Shown here piece after piece: positions 18,433 through 27,807 of a DNA stretch of 59,099 bases (its first letter is position 1; each line of letters begins with the position of its first letter). Source of the DNA: Candidatus Nomurabacteria bacterium (GTDB taxonomy: Bacteria > Patescibacteriota > Minisyncoccia > Phycocordibacterales > UBA9973); assembly GCA_943348755.1 (NCBI GenBank), contig CALQYS010000004.1, positions 1 through 59,099 on the forward strand, written 5' to 3'. The notes under the pieces are model-generated. The model had not been told where the DNA came from. It ran no database searches and saw nothing but the letters and a program-made list of their open reading frames with translations. A program made the position numbers and the translations under genes.

Positions 18433-18477
18433 GTCTAAAAGTTTGACCTTGCCGGCCTCCATTGCTAGTCTGTATAT

Positions 18478-19653
18478 ATGGAAGTAAAAGGAAATAAACT
18501 ATGCCTAGGCAAATTTTCTGCTAAAGCTCTAGCGGATAAATTTGGTACACCTATATATGTTTATGAAGTTTCCATTATTCGTCGTAAATATTCAGAATTA
18601 GTAAAAAGCATCAATTATCCGAAGTTGGATATACATTATGCATGTAAAGCCAATACCAATCTTTTAGTCCTCAAGTTGCTGAAAAGTTTTGGTTCTAAAA
18701 TTGAGACAGTCAGCAAGGGAGAAATAATTTTAGCTTTAAAAGCCGGTTTTAGGGCCAAAGACATTATCTATACCTCTACCTCGGTGTCTAAAGAAGAAAT
18801 GACTTTTGTAGTGAAAAATAAAATAAGAATAAATCTAGATTCTCTTTCACAAATCGAACTTTATGGAAAATTAAACAAGGGAGCTGGCGTTGGTCTCCGA
18901 ATAAATCAGGGGATAGGCGCTGGGCACCACGATCATGTCATTACTGGCGGAGAGATGAGTAAATTTGGCATTTCGCTCGAGCATTTACCACGGGCCAGGA
19001 GATTGGCAAAAAAATACAATTTAAAAATTGTCAGCTTGCATCAACACATCGGTTCAAATATTTTAGATGTTAAGATTTTACTTAAAGCCTTTGATAAGTT
19101 GCTTGAGACGGCCCTTAATTTTCCTGATCTGGTATCTTTAGACTTCGGAGGAGGTTTAGGTGTGCCCTATTTATCGACAGAAAAAGAGTTAGATTTAAAA
19201 CTTTTCGGCCGAGAGATAACAAAAAGAATGAATGATTTTTGTAAAAAATACGGAAGAGAATTGACTATGGTTTTAGAACCCGGGCGTTTCTTGGTGGCTC
19301 AGTCAGGGGTGTTGATAACTACAGTCACGGAAATAAAGAAAAATCCAAAACGTACTTTTGTAGGAGTAGATAGCGGTTTTAACCATTTGATTCGCCCAGC
19401 GATGTATGGTTCTTATCACCAGATAGTTAATGCGAGTCAAATTACGGGAAGAAAAATAAAAGTCGATGTTGTCGGTAATATATGCGAATCGGGGGATGTG
19501 TTTGGAAGAGATAGAATAATTAGCAATCCCAGAATTGGAGATATTCTGATAATTCAAGATACCGGCGCTTACGGATACGTCATGGCTTCAAGGTATAATA
19601 GTCGATCTTTACCAGAAGAGGTTTTGATCGATGGCAGTAAAATTATAAGTTAA
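18478..19653 (+). CDS. lysA: diaminopimelate decarboxylase
   Basis: HYACKANTN (PLP lysine), GGGLGVPY, EPGR, CESGD. Confidence 0.9.
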   Translation: MEVKGNKLCLGKFSAKALADKFGTPIYVYEVSIIRRKYSELVKSINYPKLDIHYACKANTNLLVLKLLKSFGSKIETVSKGEIILALKAGFRAKDIIYTSTSVSKEEMTFVVKNKIRINLDSLSQIELYGKLNKGAGVGLRINQGIGAGHHDHVITGGEMSKFGISLEHLPRARRLAKKYNLKIVSLHQHIGSNILDVKILLKAFDKLLETALNFPDLVSLDFGGGLGVPYLSTEKELDLKLFGREITKRMNDFCKKYGRELTMVLEPGRFLVAQSGVLITTVTEIKKNPKRTFVGVDSGFNHLIRPAMYGSYHQIVNASQITGRKIKVDVVGNICESGDVFGRDRIISNPRIGDILIIQDTGAYGYVMASRYNSRSLPEEVLIDGSKIIS

Positions 19654-19696
19654 TATTGTTGATAAACAGAACCCATTCTGTTACTCTCTTAATATA

Positions 19697-20449
19697 ATGT
19701 ATCCAAAAATAATCAGCCGAATAATTGAACTTGGAGATACGCTGCCACCGCTTGCGGGGCACACGACCGACATCGGGAAAAGCAGGCAATGGCTGACACA
19801 AAAAGATATCGAGATAGAGACAGAACTTACCAATCTCATAAAAACTTTTCCCGGCAAGCATTCTGTCTATGCGGAGGAAATGCATAACACTTTTGTGGAA
19901 GATGAGAATGTCTGGATTATTGATCCAATTAGCAACACCATAAATTTTCTTCAAGGTATGCCGCATTATTCGGTAGTACTTAGTCATCTCTATAAAGGCG
20001 AAGTGCAATTTGCCGTCGTTTATGATCCTTCCAACAAAGAATTATTTACCGCCGAAAAAGGCAAGGGAACTTTTTTAAATAAAAAAAGAGTTTATGTTTC
20101 CAAGCGCGATGAAGATATGATTTTCATGATTGGCCCCTACGTTGTTTCTCCGCACAGAGAAAAGTTATTGAAGGTTATTTCTGTTATGTCGCAAAGTGGT
20201 AGCGTAATGCGAAATCTTGGTTCTCTTGGAGTACATTATGCTTATGTAGCCTGTGGTCGGGCCGATTTTGCTATTTCTTTTAATAAAGATACATTTCCTG
20301 AATTTGCCGGCAAGCTTTTGGTAGAAGAAGCGGGTGGTAAATTCACTGATTTTAATGGTGGCGTCTTAGGTCCGCAGACAGAAGGTATTATCGCAAGTAA
20401 TGATTTAGTTTATGATCAAATCCTGAAGCTTGTCGGGAGCGTAGTATGA
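19697..20449 (+). CDS. inositol monophosphatase family protein
   Basis: WIIDPISNTINF motif region. About 250 aa. Confidence 0.7.
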   Translation: MYPKIISRIIELGDTLPPLAGHTTDIGKSRQWLTQKDIEIETELTNLIKTFPGKHSVYAEEMHNTFVEDENVWIIDPISNTINFLQGMPHYSVVLSHLYKGEVQFAVVYDPSNKELFTAEKGKGTFLNKKRVYVSKRDEDMIFMIGPYVVSPHREKLLKVISVMSQSGSVMRNLGSLGVHYAYVACGRADFAISFNKDTFPEFAGKLLVEEAGGKFTDFNGGVLGPQTEGIIASNDLVYDQILKLVGSVV

Positions 20450-20459
20450 TCAAAATCAG

Positions 20460-21134
20460 ATGGCAAATAAAATTAAAATAGCTTTAATAGGTTACGGCAA
20501 GATGGGCAAGGAAATTGATACACTATGTCAAAATTCCAAGGATTTTGAGGTGGTTTCTATAAGTTTAAAAAATAAAAGTGAAAAGTTGGATTTGAAGGGT
20601 ATTGCTAAAGCAGATATTGCCATAGATTTTACTTCGAGAGACGTGGTACTTAAAAATATTGAAGAAGTCGCAAAGCTTGGAGTGAATATGGTGGTGGGTA
20701 CAACTGGCTGGTATGAAGATATAGATAAAGTTAAAAAAATAGTCGAGAAAAACAAGATAGGACTGATATATAGCCCAAATTTTTCAGTTGGGGTGAATGT
20801 CTTTTTCAAAATGATGGATGAGGCCGCTAAACTTTTTTCTAAGTTTCCAGAGTATGATACTTATGGTCTCGAAATACACCATAAGGCAAAATTAGATAGT
20901 CCCTCTGGTACTGCATTAAAAATTGCTGGTAAAATTAAAAACTTGAATTTTCATTCAGTACGTGCCGGCAGTAATCCTGGTTTCCACGAAGTGGTTTTTG
21001 ATAGTTTAGCTGACAAAATAACCTTTTCTCATCAAGCATACAATAGGATTGGGTTTGCGAAAGGGGTACTAAAGGCAGCAAAGATTATAAAAGGTAAAAA
21101 AGGGATTTATATTTTTGAGGACGTATTAAATTAA
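20460..21134 (+). CDS. dapB: 4-hydroxy-tetrahydrodipicolinate reductase
   Basis: N-terminal Rossmann GYGKMG and HHKAKLDSPSGTA. Confidence 0.85.
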   Translation: MANKIKIALIGYGKMGKEIDTLCQNSKDFEVVSISLKNKSEKLDLKGIAKADIAIDFTSRDVVLKNIEEVAKLGVNMVVGTTGWYEDIDKVKKIVEKNKIGLIYSPNFSVGVNVFFKMMDEAAKLFSKFPEYDTYGLEIHHKAKLDSPSGTALKIAGKIKNLNFHSVRAGSNPGFHEVVFDSLADKITFSHQAYNRIGFAKGVLKAAKIIKGKKGIYIFEDVLN

Positions 21135-22039
21135 TGAAAAAAATAAATTTTTTTGGCTCAATACCCGCAATAGTTACACCCTTCAAGAAAAATGGCGATT
21201 TAGATTTACCGGCGCTAGAAAAAATAGTTGATTACCAGCTTTCAGGCGGTGTTGATGCCATGGTGGTAGCTGGTTCTACTGGTGAAGCTGCCACTTTAAA
21301 CGAGGAAGAATACATAGCTGTTATAAAAACAGTTGTAAAAAGGGTGAATGGTAAAGTACCAGTGATTGCCGGAGCTGGATCGAATGACACCAAAAAAGCA
21401 GTTCATTTTTCTAAATTAGCCAAATCAGCCGGGGCAGATGCTCTGCTTCATGTGACTCCTTACTACAACAAGCCTACTCCAAACGGTCTTGTTCTCCATT
21501 ATAAAGAAATAGCCAAAGCAGTGGATTTGCCGATCATTATGTACAATGTTCCTGGCCGTACTGGATCCAATGTTTTACCAGCAGTTGTCTTACGTATCGC
21601 GAGAGAGGTGCCGCAGGTGGTAGCGATTAAAGAAGCTTCTGGTTCCATAAATCAAATGATGGAGATCATAAATGAAGTAGAAAAAAACGGTCCAAAGGAT
21701 TTTGTGGTTTTAGCGGGGGATGATGCTATGACCCTGCCACTCGTCGCACTTGGGGGAAAGGGGTGTATTTCCGTGGTTTGCAACGAAGTGCCGAAATTAT
21801 TTTCTGATATGGTCCATCTTGCTCTAAAAGGAGAGATGAAAGAAGCAGAAAAATTACACTACAAAATGCTTGAACTGATGAATGTAAATTTTATCGAATC
21901 AAATCCAATCCCAGTCAAGACTGCCATGTCCATGATGGGGTTTATCGAAGAGAGTTTAAGATTGCCGTTAACTAATATTGAAGAAAAAAACCGGATTTTA
22001 GTAGAAAAAGCTCTGAAAGGATTAAAATTAATCAAATAA
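21134..22039 (+). CDS. dapA: 4-hydroxy-tetrahydrodipicolinate synthase
   Basis: GSTGEAATL, YNVPGRTG, IKEASG. Confidence 0.9.
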   Translation: MKKINFFGSIPAIVTPFKKNGDLDLPALEKIVDYQLSGGVDAMVVAGSTGEAATLNEEEYIAVIKTVVKRVNGKVPVIAGAGSNDTKKAVHFSKLAKSAGADALLHVTPYYNKPTPNGLVLHYKEIAKAVDLPIIMYNVPGRTGSNVLPAVVLRIAREVPQVVAIKEASGSINQMMEIINEVEKNGPKDFVVLAGDDAMTLPLVALGGKGCISVVCNEVPKLFSDMVHLALKGEMKEAEKLHYKMLELMNVNFIESNPIPVKTAMSMMGFIEESLRLPLTNIEEKNRILVEKALKGLKLIK

Positions 22040-22043
22040 AAAT

Positions 22044-23267
22044 ATGGCTAGCATTAATAAAAATTACGACAAACTACAGGGCGCATATCTGTTTTCAGAA
22101 ATAGCCAAACATGTGGCAGATTTTAGAACTAAAAATCCAACTTTGGAAATTATGCATCTTGGCATTGGCGACACTACACAACCCCTAACCCCTACAGTCA
22201 TCAAGGGATTATCCAAAGCGGTAAAAAAACTTGCAAAAGCAAAAACTTACACTGGCTACGGAAATGCGCAGGGAGATGTGCGGTTACGAACTGCTCTTTC
22301 TGACTTTTATAAAAAAAGAAATGTAAAGGTAGGGGTAGAAGAAATTTTTATCAGTGATGGGGCGAAATCAGATTCTGCCAATATCCAATCAATTTTTGGA
22401 TTAAAAAATGTGGTAGCTGTCGCGGACCCTGTCTATACAGTTTATGTAGATAGCAATGTTATTGCCGGAAGAACTGGGGAATTTAAACATGGGGGGTATG
22501 AAGGTTTGGTATATATGGGATGTAATGTTAAAAATGATTTTATGCCATCTGTCCCAGACCAGAAAACTGACATAATTTACCTATGTAGTCCAAATAATCC
22601 GACGGGCGCTGTCATGACCAAGAAAAGACTGAAGGAATTCGTAGATTATGCGTTAAAGAATAAAGCGGTGATTATATTTGATGCTGCTTATGTTGAATAC
22701 ATCTCCGATCCATCTTTACCTAAAAGTATTTATGAGATAGAGGGGGCTAAGAAATGTGCCATAGAAATAAATAGCTTCTCTAAATGGGCTGGCTTTACGG
22801 GTGTTCGGCTTAGTTTCGCTGTGGTGCCGATCGATTTGGTTGTAGAAGACACGCAAAGGGGTAAGATTAACAGTCTCTGGTCTAGACGCCAGAGCACTAT
22901 GTTTAATGGTGCCTCTAATATTTCCCAGGAAGGCGCTTTATCCGTTTTATCATCTGCTGGTCAGAAAGAAAACAAAAAATTAATTGCTTATTATATGAGC
23001 AACGCTAAATTAATTAAGAAAAATCTCTCCGCTCTTGGTTTCCAAGTTTTTGGTGGAGAACATGCTCCCTATATTTGGCTTAAAACCCCAGAAAATTTAA
23101 GTTCTTGGGAATTTTTTCATAAGTTATTACAAGAAGCACATGTTGTATCAACTCCGGGCTCAGGATTTGGTAAACAAGGCGAAGGATTTGTTCGCCTAAG
23201 TGCTTTTGGAGACAAAAAAACTGTTCAAAAGGCCCTCAGAAGTATTAAAGATAATTTAAAGTTATGA
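22044..23267 (+). CDS. dapL: LL-diaminopimelate aminotransferase
   Basis: NKNYDKLQGAYLFSEIAK N-terminus and PLP-lysine region SFSKWAGFTGVRL. Confidence 0.8.
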   Translation: MASINKNYDKLQGAYLFSEIAKHVADFRTKNPTLEIMHLGIGDTTQPLTPTVIKGLSKAVKKLAKAKTYTGYGNAQGDVRLRTALSDFYKKRNVKVGVEEIFISDGAKSDSANIQSIFGLKNVVAVADPVYTVYVDSNVIAGRTGEFKHGGYEGLVYMGCNVKNDFMPSVPDQKTDIIYLCSPNNPTGAVMTKKRLKEFVDYALKNKAVIIFDAAYVEYISDPSLPKSIYEIEGAKKCAIEINSFSKWAGFTGVRLSFAVVPIDLVVEDTQRGKINSLWSRRQSTMFNGASNISQEGALSVLSSAGQKENKKLIAYYMSNAKLIKKNLSALGFQVFGGEHAPYIWLKTPENLSSWEFFHKLLQEAHVVSTPGSGFGKQGEGFVRLSAFGDKKTVQKALRSIKDNLKL

Positions 23268-24157
23268 AAATATTAAAATTTGGTGGTTCATCGGTAGCTG
23301 ACGCCAAAAATATCAATAAAGTTTTAGACATTATCCTAAAATTACAAAAAACAGGGGAAAATATAATTGTAGTAGTTTCTGCCTTAGGTGGTGTAACTGA
23401 TGATCTCCTTACTATTATTTCTCTCGCTTTAAATGGAGAGAACAAATACAGGAAAATTTTTGATGTTATGTGTGATCGGCACAACCAAGTTATACAAGAA
23501 TTAATTAATCTAGAAGATAGAAAAAGAGTATCGAAACAAATTGGAAAGAAATTTAAGGAGTTAGAAGAAGTAGTACAAAGTATTTTCTTCGCTACAAATG
23601 CGCCCCCTCATTTACGTGATACAGTTGTGAGCTTTGGTGAACAATTGTCAGCTTATTTAATAAGTGAAGTCATTAAAAGCAGAGGCATCGAATCTAACTT
23701 TGTTGATGCCCGTGCGCTTATTAAGACAGATGAAAATTTCGGTGAAGCAAATGTAGATATAGGAGATTCTTATAAGCTTATTTCAGAATACTTTACCAAG
23801 AACCGTGCTCTTTCTGTCATGGGTGGGTTCATTGCTTCTACTAAAGAGGGAGTGACCACCACTCTTGGTAGAGGAGGGTCTGATTACACTGCTTCTTTGG
23901 TGGGTGCAGCCCTCAATGCGGGGGCGATCGAGATTTGGACTGATGTAGATGGTCTTATGACCGCTGATCCGCGAAAAGTTAATAATGCTATTATAATTCC
24001 AGAAATTTCTTATGAAAAAGCGGAAGAAATGGCCAATGCAGGTGCAAAAGTTATTCATCCAAAAACGATGAAGCCAGCCAAATTAAAAAACATACCCATT
24101 TATATTAAAAACACTTTTAATCCAAAGAGTAAAGGAACCAAAATAAGCAATGACTAA
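23264..24157 (+). CDS. lysC: aspartate kinase, catalytic domain only (no ACT domains)
   Basis: MKILKFGGSSV N-terminus and GRGGSDYTAS. The ORF ends at 297 aa, right after the kinase fold, and overlaps the asd start. Confidence 0.8.
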   Translation: MKILKFGGSSVADAKNINKVLDIILKLQKTGENIIVVVSALGGVTDDLLTIISLALNGENKYRKIFDVMCDRHNQVIQELINLEDRKRVSKQIGKKFKELEEVVQSIFFATNAPPHLRDTVVSFGEQLSAYLISEVIKSRGIESNFVDARALIKTDENFGEANVDIGDSYKLISEYFTKNRALSVMGGFIASTKEGVTTTLGRGGSDYTASLVGAALNAGAIEIWTDVDGLMTADPRKVNNAIIIPEISYEKAEEMANAGAKVIHPKTMKPAKLKNIPIYIKNTFNPKSKGTKISND

Positions 24158-25244
24158 AAATAAAATTCCAGTTGGTATACTAGGCGCAACAGGTACAGTG
24201 GGGCAGCGTCTCATCACTCTTCTGCAAGACCATCCGTGGTTTGAGGTAGTTTGCGTGGCTGCTTCAGATAAGTCTGCAACTAAAACATACGGTGAAGCGG
24301 TGAAAGGACGCTGGATACAAAAGGAATTGATACCAAAGAGCGTAAGTCCTCTAAAAGTTTTATCTGTAGAGAAAGACATTGAGACAATCACAAGACAAGT
24401 CCGATTAGTTTTTTGCGCTATAGATGCGGATAAAGAATTTATTAAAAAGATCGAAGAAGAATACGCAAAGGCTGGTCTTGGGGTAGTTTCCAACAATTCA
24501 GCTCACAGGTGGACTCCGGATATCCCAGTGATTATGCCGGAAATAAATCCGGAACATCTAGAAATTATTCCTATACAGAGAAAAAATCGTGGCTGGACCA
24601 CTGGATGCATCATTACCAAGCCAAATTGCTCGATTCAGTCCTATGTGCCTTTGCTTAATGCGTGGAAGGACTTCAATCCGCAAAAAATAATTGTTTCGAC
24701 TTATCAAGCCGTCTCTGGCGCTGGAAAAACTTTAGAATCTTGGCCGGAGATGGTTGATAACGTCATGCCTTTTATTGATGGGGAAGAAGAAAAATCCGAA
24801 AAAGAGCCCTCGAAAATTTTAAGCAAAATAAATAAGAGAAAAAATGGCGAATTTGTTCTGAATAATGAAATAAAAATTTCTTCTAATTGCATACGTGTGC
24901 CAGTGTCCGACGGACATATGGCTGCTATCAATATTCAGTTTAGCCCAAAAGTTTCTAAAGAACAGCTTGTAAAAGCCTTGGTAAATTTCAAAAATCCCTT
25001 AGATATATTAGATCTACCTTCAGCTCCCAAGCCATTTTTAAAATATTTTGAAGAGAAAAATAGACCACAAACTAAACTAGACAGAGACTTAGGTAATGGT
25101 ATGACTATTAGTATTGGTCGTTTGAGAGAGGACCTAGTTTTGGGTTGGAAATGTGTTGCATTATCCCACAACACTATCCGAGGCGCGGCAGGGGGAAGCA
25201 TACTAAATGCTGAATTGTTGGTCAAAAAGGGTTATATAAGCTAG
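24150..25244 (+). CDS. asd: aspartate-semialdehyde dehydrogenase
   Basis: GILGATGTVGQ and active-site region KPNCSIQ. Confidence 0.9.
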   Translation: MTKNKIPVGILGATGTVGQRLITLLQDHPWFEVVCVAASDKSATKTYGEAVKGRWIQKELIPKSVSPLKVLSVEKDIETITRQVRLVFCAIDADKEFIKKIEEEYAKAGLGVVSNNSAHRWTPDIPVIMPEINPEHLEIIPIQRKNRGWTTGCIITKPNCSIQSYVPLLNAWKDFNPQKIIVSTYQAVSGAGKTLESWPEMVDNVMPFIDGEEEKSEKEPSKILSKINKRKNGEFVLNNEIKISSNCIRVPVSDGHMAAINIQFSPKVSKEQLVKALVNFKNPLDILDLPSAPKPFLKYFEEKNRPQTKLDRDLGNGMTISIGRLREDLVLGWKCVALSHNTIRGAAGGSILNAELLVKKGYIS

Positions 25245-25254
25245 ACTTAATTAT

Positions 25255-26073
25255 ATGGGTGAATTCTATAAATATCACGGTGCTGGAAATGACTTTATTA
25301 TCACGGATAATCGTGATAAATCTTTCGACATCAAAAAAGTAAAAACTTTATGTGATAGGCACTTCGGCATAGGCGCAGACGGGCTAATACTTGTCGAACC
25401 TTCCGAAAAGGCAGATTGTTTTATGAATTATTACAACGCTGATGGCGGGGTAGCAGAAATGTGCGGTAATGGCGTAAGGTGTACAGCTGGATTTTTCCTT
25501 GATCATATTAAACCTGGCGAGAGGGAACTGTCCATTGATACTAGAGCAGGGATAAAGAAAGTAGTGCACAACCAAGACGATAGTTTTTCTGTAAATATGG
25601 GAATTCCCGTATTTTCACACACAGATTTTCCAAAAAATTCTCTTACTTTAGAAAATATTTCGCTCGAATTTGTTTCTATGGGTAATCCGCATGCCGTTGG
25701 GTTTGTAAAAGATGTTTCGAAAATAAATATTTCACAAATTGGTCCTAAAATTGAAAATGATTCGCATTTTCCAAATAAAATAAATGTGGAATTGGTGCAA
25801 AAAATTTCAGACAATCATTTTAAAGTTAAAGTCTGGGAGCGAGGTTCAGGAGAAACTCTAGCCTGTGGCAGTGGCGCTTGCGCTGTTTACGCGATACTTA
25901 AAAAACAAATTAAAAGTTTGGGACCTGCCCGCAATGCTTTCAGCATAGCTGATGCAGGCGGGGAAATAACTCTCGAATTCCCCGGTGGCAACCTGTATCT
26001 ATCAGAAAACAAAAATGGCGAAATAATCCTCCGTGGTGAAGCGGTCTCTGTATTTAGGGGAGAAATAAATTAA
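25255..26073 (+). CDS. dapF: diaminopimelate epimerase
   Basis: HGAGNDFII, CGNGVRC, MGNPH, ERGSGETLACGSGA. Confidence 0.9.
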   Translation: MGEFYKYHGAGNDFIITDNRDKSFDIKKVKTLCDRHFGIGADGLILVEPSEKADCFMNYYNADGGVAEMCGNGVRCTAGFFLDHIKPGERELSIDTRAGIKKVVHNQDDSFSVNMGIPVFSHTDFPKNSLTLENISLEFVSMGNPHAVGFVKDVSKINISQIGPKIENDSHFPNKINVELVQKISDNHFKVKVWERGSGETLACGSGACAVYAILKKQIKSLGPARNAFSIADAGGEITLEFPGGNLYLSENKNGEIILRGEAVSVFRGEIN

Positions 26074-27771
26074 TTACTCCTCATTCAAGTCCACCACACT
26101 CTGCACTTCTTCGAGTGAAGTGGTGCCGTTTAATATTTTTACAATACCATCTTGGCGCATTGAAAGTATTCCTTGATTATGAGCTACTTTTTTGATTTCT
26201 CGCTCGCTTGGATTTTCTGGCATGATTTTTTCTATTGCTTCATCGGTCATAATTGCCTCAAAGATACCTATTCGTCCTTTGTAACCGATTTTATTACATT
26301 TATCACAACCAACCGGAGAGAAAATTTTAAAAGATTTATCGACTTTAATATTGTATTTTGATAGATCTTTTCCCTCCTCTTTCATACCATCTAGGACTAA
26401 TTTTATAATTTCCATTTCCCTAGGACTAGGTTCCTTCTCTTTTTTACAAAATTGACAGAGCTTACGAACCAAACGTTGAGCAATAGAAAGAGACAAAGCT
26501 GAAACAAGAATCTTCGGATTTACTCCGAGATTAATTAGTCGGGGGATAACACCAGCAGCATTGTTCGTATGTAAGGTTGAAAAGACTATGTGGCCAGTCA
26601 ATGAAGCTTGCACAGCGGTTCCTGCTGTTTCTCCATCACGTATTTCTCCGACCATCACCACATCTGGGTCTTGGCGCAAAGCTGAGCGCAATCCTTCTAA
26701 GAAATTGTAGCCTTTTTCATCGTTCGTTTGGGTTTGAGTCACACCAGTTAAATGATATTCTACTGGGTCTTCAATGGTTATTATTTTTATTTCTGGAGAA
26801 TAAATTTTTCGTAGGAAAGCATAGAGAGTGGTTGTTTTCCCGGAACCAGTTGGTCCAGTAACCAAAATTAATCCGTTTGGTTTCCCGATTTCTTTTTCGA
26901 TTATGGAGAAGAGGTAAGGTTCTATGCCCAATTCTTCAAGTTTTACTTGAATTGATTTTGGGTCCAAAATACGCATAACTATTGATTCACCGTATGCCCC
27001 AGGGATGGCTGAAGTACGCACACTTAGTTCATCTTTTTCCTCCATGATGCTAAAACGTCCATCTTGCGCTATCTTGGAAGTTAGTTTCATGCCAGAAAGA
27101 AGTTTGATGCGTGAATTGAGTAAACGATATACATCAAGCCCGAAAAAGTTGATATCTTGAAGCACTCCATCGAGACGCATACGAAGTCTTCCTCGATCCT
27201 TTTCTGGTTCTATGTGTATGTCTGAAGCATTGATGGCTATTGCCCCAGCTAAAATGATTTCAAGTAAGCGAGAAATTTTATGAATTTTATTTCCTTCCAG
27301 CGCTTCTCGTACTAGTCCCTCAATATCCTGCATATGCTTTATATTTTTTGCTGTATCTCTTAAAACCTCAGGAGAAATGTCCAACCCTCCGATTTTGGTG
27401 TCTTCTGCCATTGATATTTCTTTATATCTATCCCAAACTTTATTTAAACTTGCCGCTGAGGCCATATAAAAAGTGGGAACTAGATTTTTCCTTCCCATGT
27501 CATCTTTTAATGCTTGCATAAGCTCATCTGACGGAGAACGTACAGCAATAAAAATATTTTTCCCAAAAAGTTTAAAAGGTGCCACGTTCATTTTCATAGC
27601 ATCTTCTTGTGATATTGCTCGAAGCGCTTCATTGTCTATGCCAAGGCGGTATAGATCGATATAAGGAAGACCATATTTTGACTCCGCTAAAGTTGCTACC
27701 AATTGTTCTTCTTCTTCTTTACGAAGGTCTTCGAGTTGCTTGTTTTGTTTTTCTTCGTCAAATAAAGCCAT
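26074..27771 (-). CDS. pilB: GspE/PilB-family secretion or type IV pilus assembly ATPase
   Basis: Walker A GPTGSGKTTTLY, Asp/His boxes, and a C-terminal Cys cluster CQFC...CDKC. Confidence 0.85.
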   Translation of the reverse strand: MALFDEEKQNKQLEDLRKEEEEQLVATLAESKYGLPYIDLYRLGIDNEALRAISQEDAMKMNVAPFKLFGKNIFIAVRSPSDELMQALKDDMGRKNLVPTFYMASAASLNKVWDRYKEISMAEDTKIGGLDISPEVLRDTAKNIKHMQDIEGLVREALEGNKIHKISRLLEIILAGAIAINASDIHIEPEKDRGRLRMRLDGVLQDINFFGLDVYRLLNSRIKLLSGMKLTSKIAQDGRFSIMEEKDELSVRTSAIPGAYGESIVMRILDPKSIQVKLEELGIEPYLFSIIEKEIGKPNGLILVTGPTGSGKTTTLYAFLRKIYSPEIKIITIEDPVEYHLTGVTQTQTNDEKGYNFLEGLRSALRQDPDVVMVGEIRDGETAGTAVQASLTGHIVFSTLHTNNAAGVIPRLINLGVNPKILVSALSLSIAQRLVRKLCQFCKKEKEPSPREMEIIKLVLDGMKEEGKDLSKYNIKVDKSFKIFSPVGCDKCNKIGYKGRIGIFEAIMTDEAIEKIMPENPSEREIKKVAHNQGILSMRQDGIVKILNGTTSLEEVQSVVDLNEE

Positions 27772-27807
27772 TACGTAAATTATATCTTAAGTGGTATTAT
27801 TTACATA

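Noticed and set aside
25921-25962. Short GC-rich segment in dapF encoding SLGPARNAFSIADAG, absent from E. coli-type DapF, with a small ATGCT-TTC-AGCAT hairpin
   Set aside because: It might be another mini-insertion, but it is too short. Its similarity to the polA/uvrB element is too weak to claim by eye.
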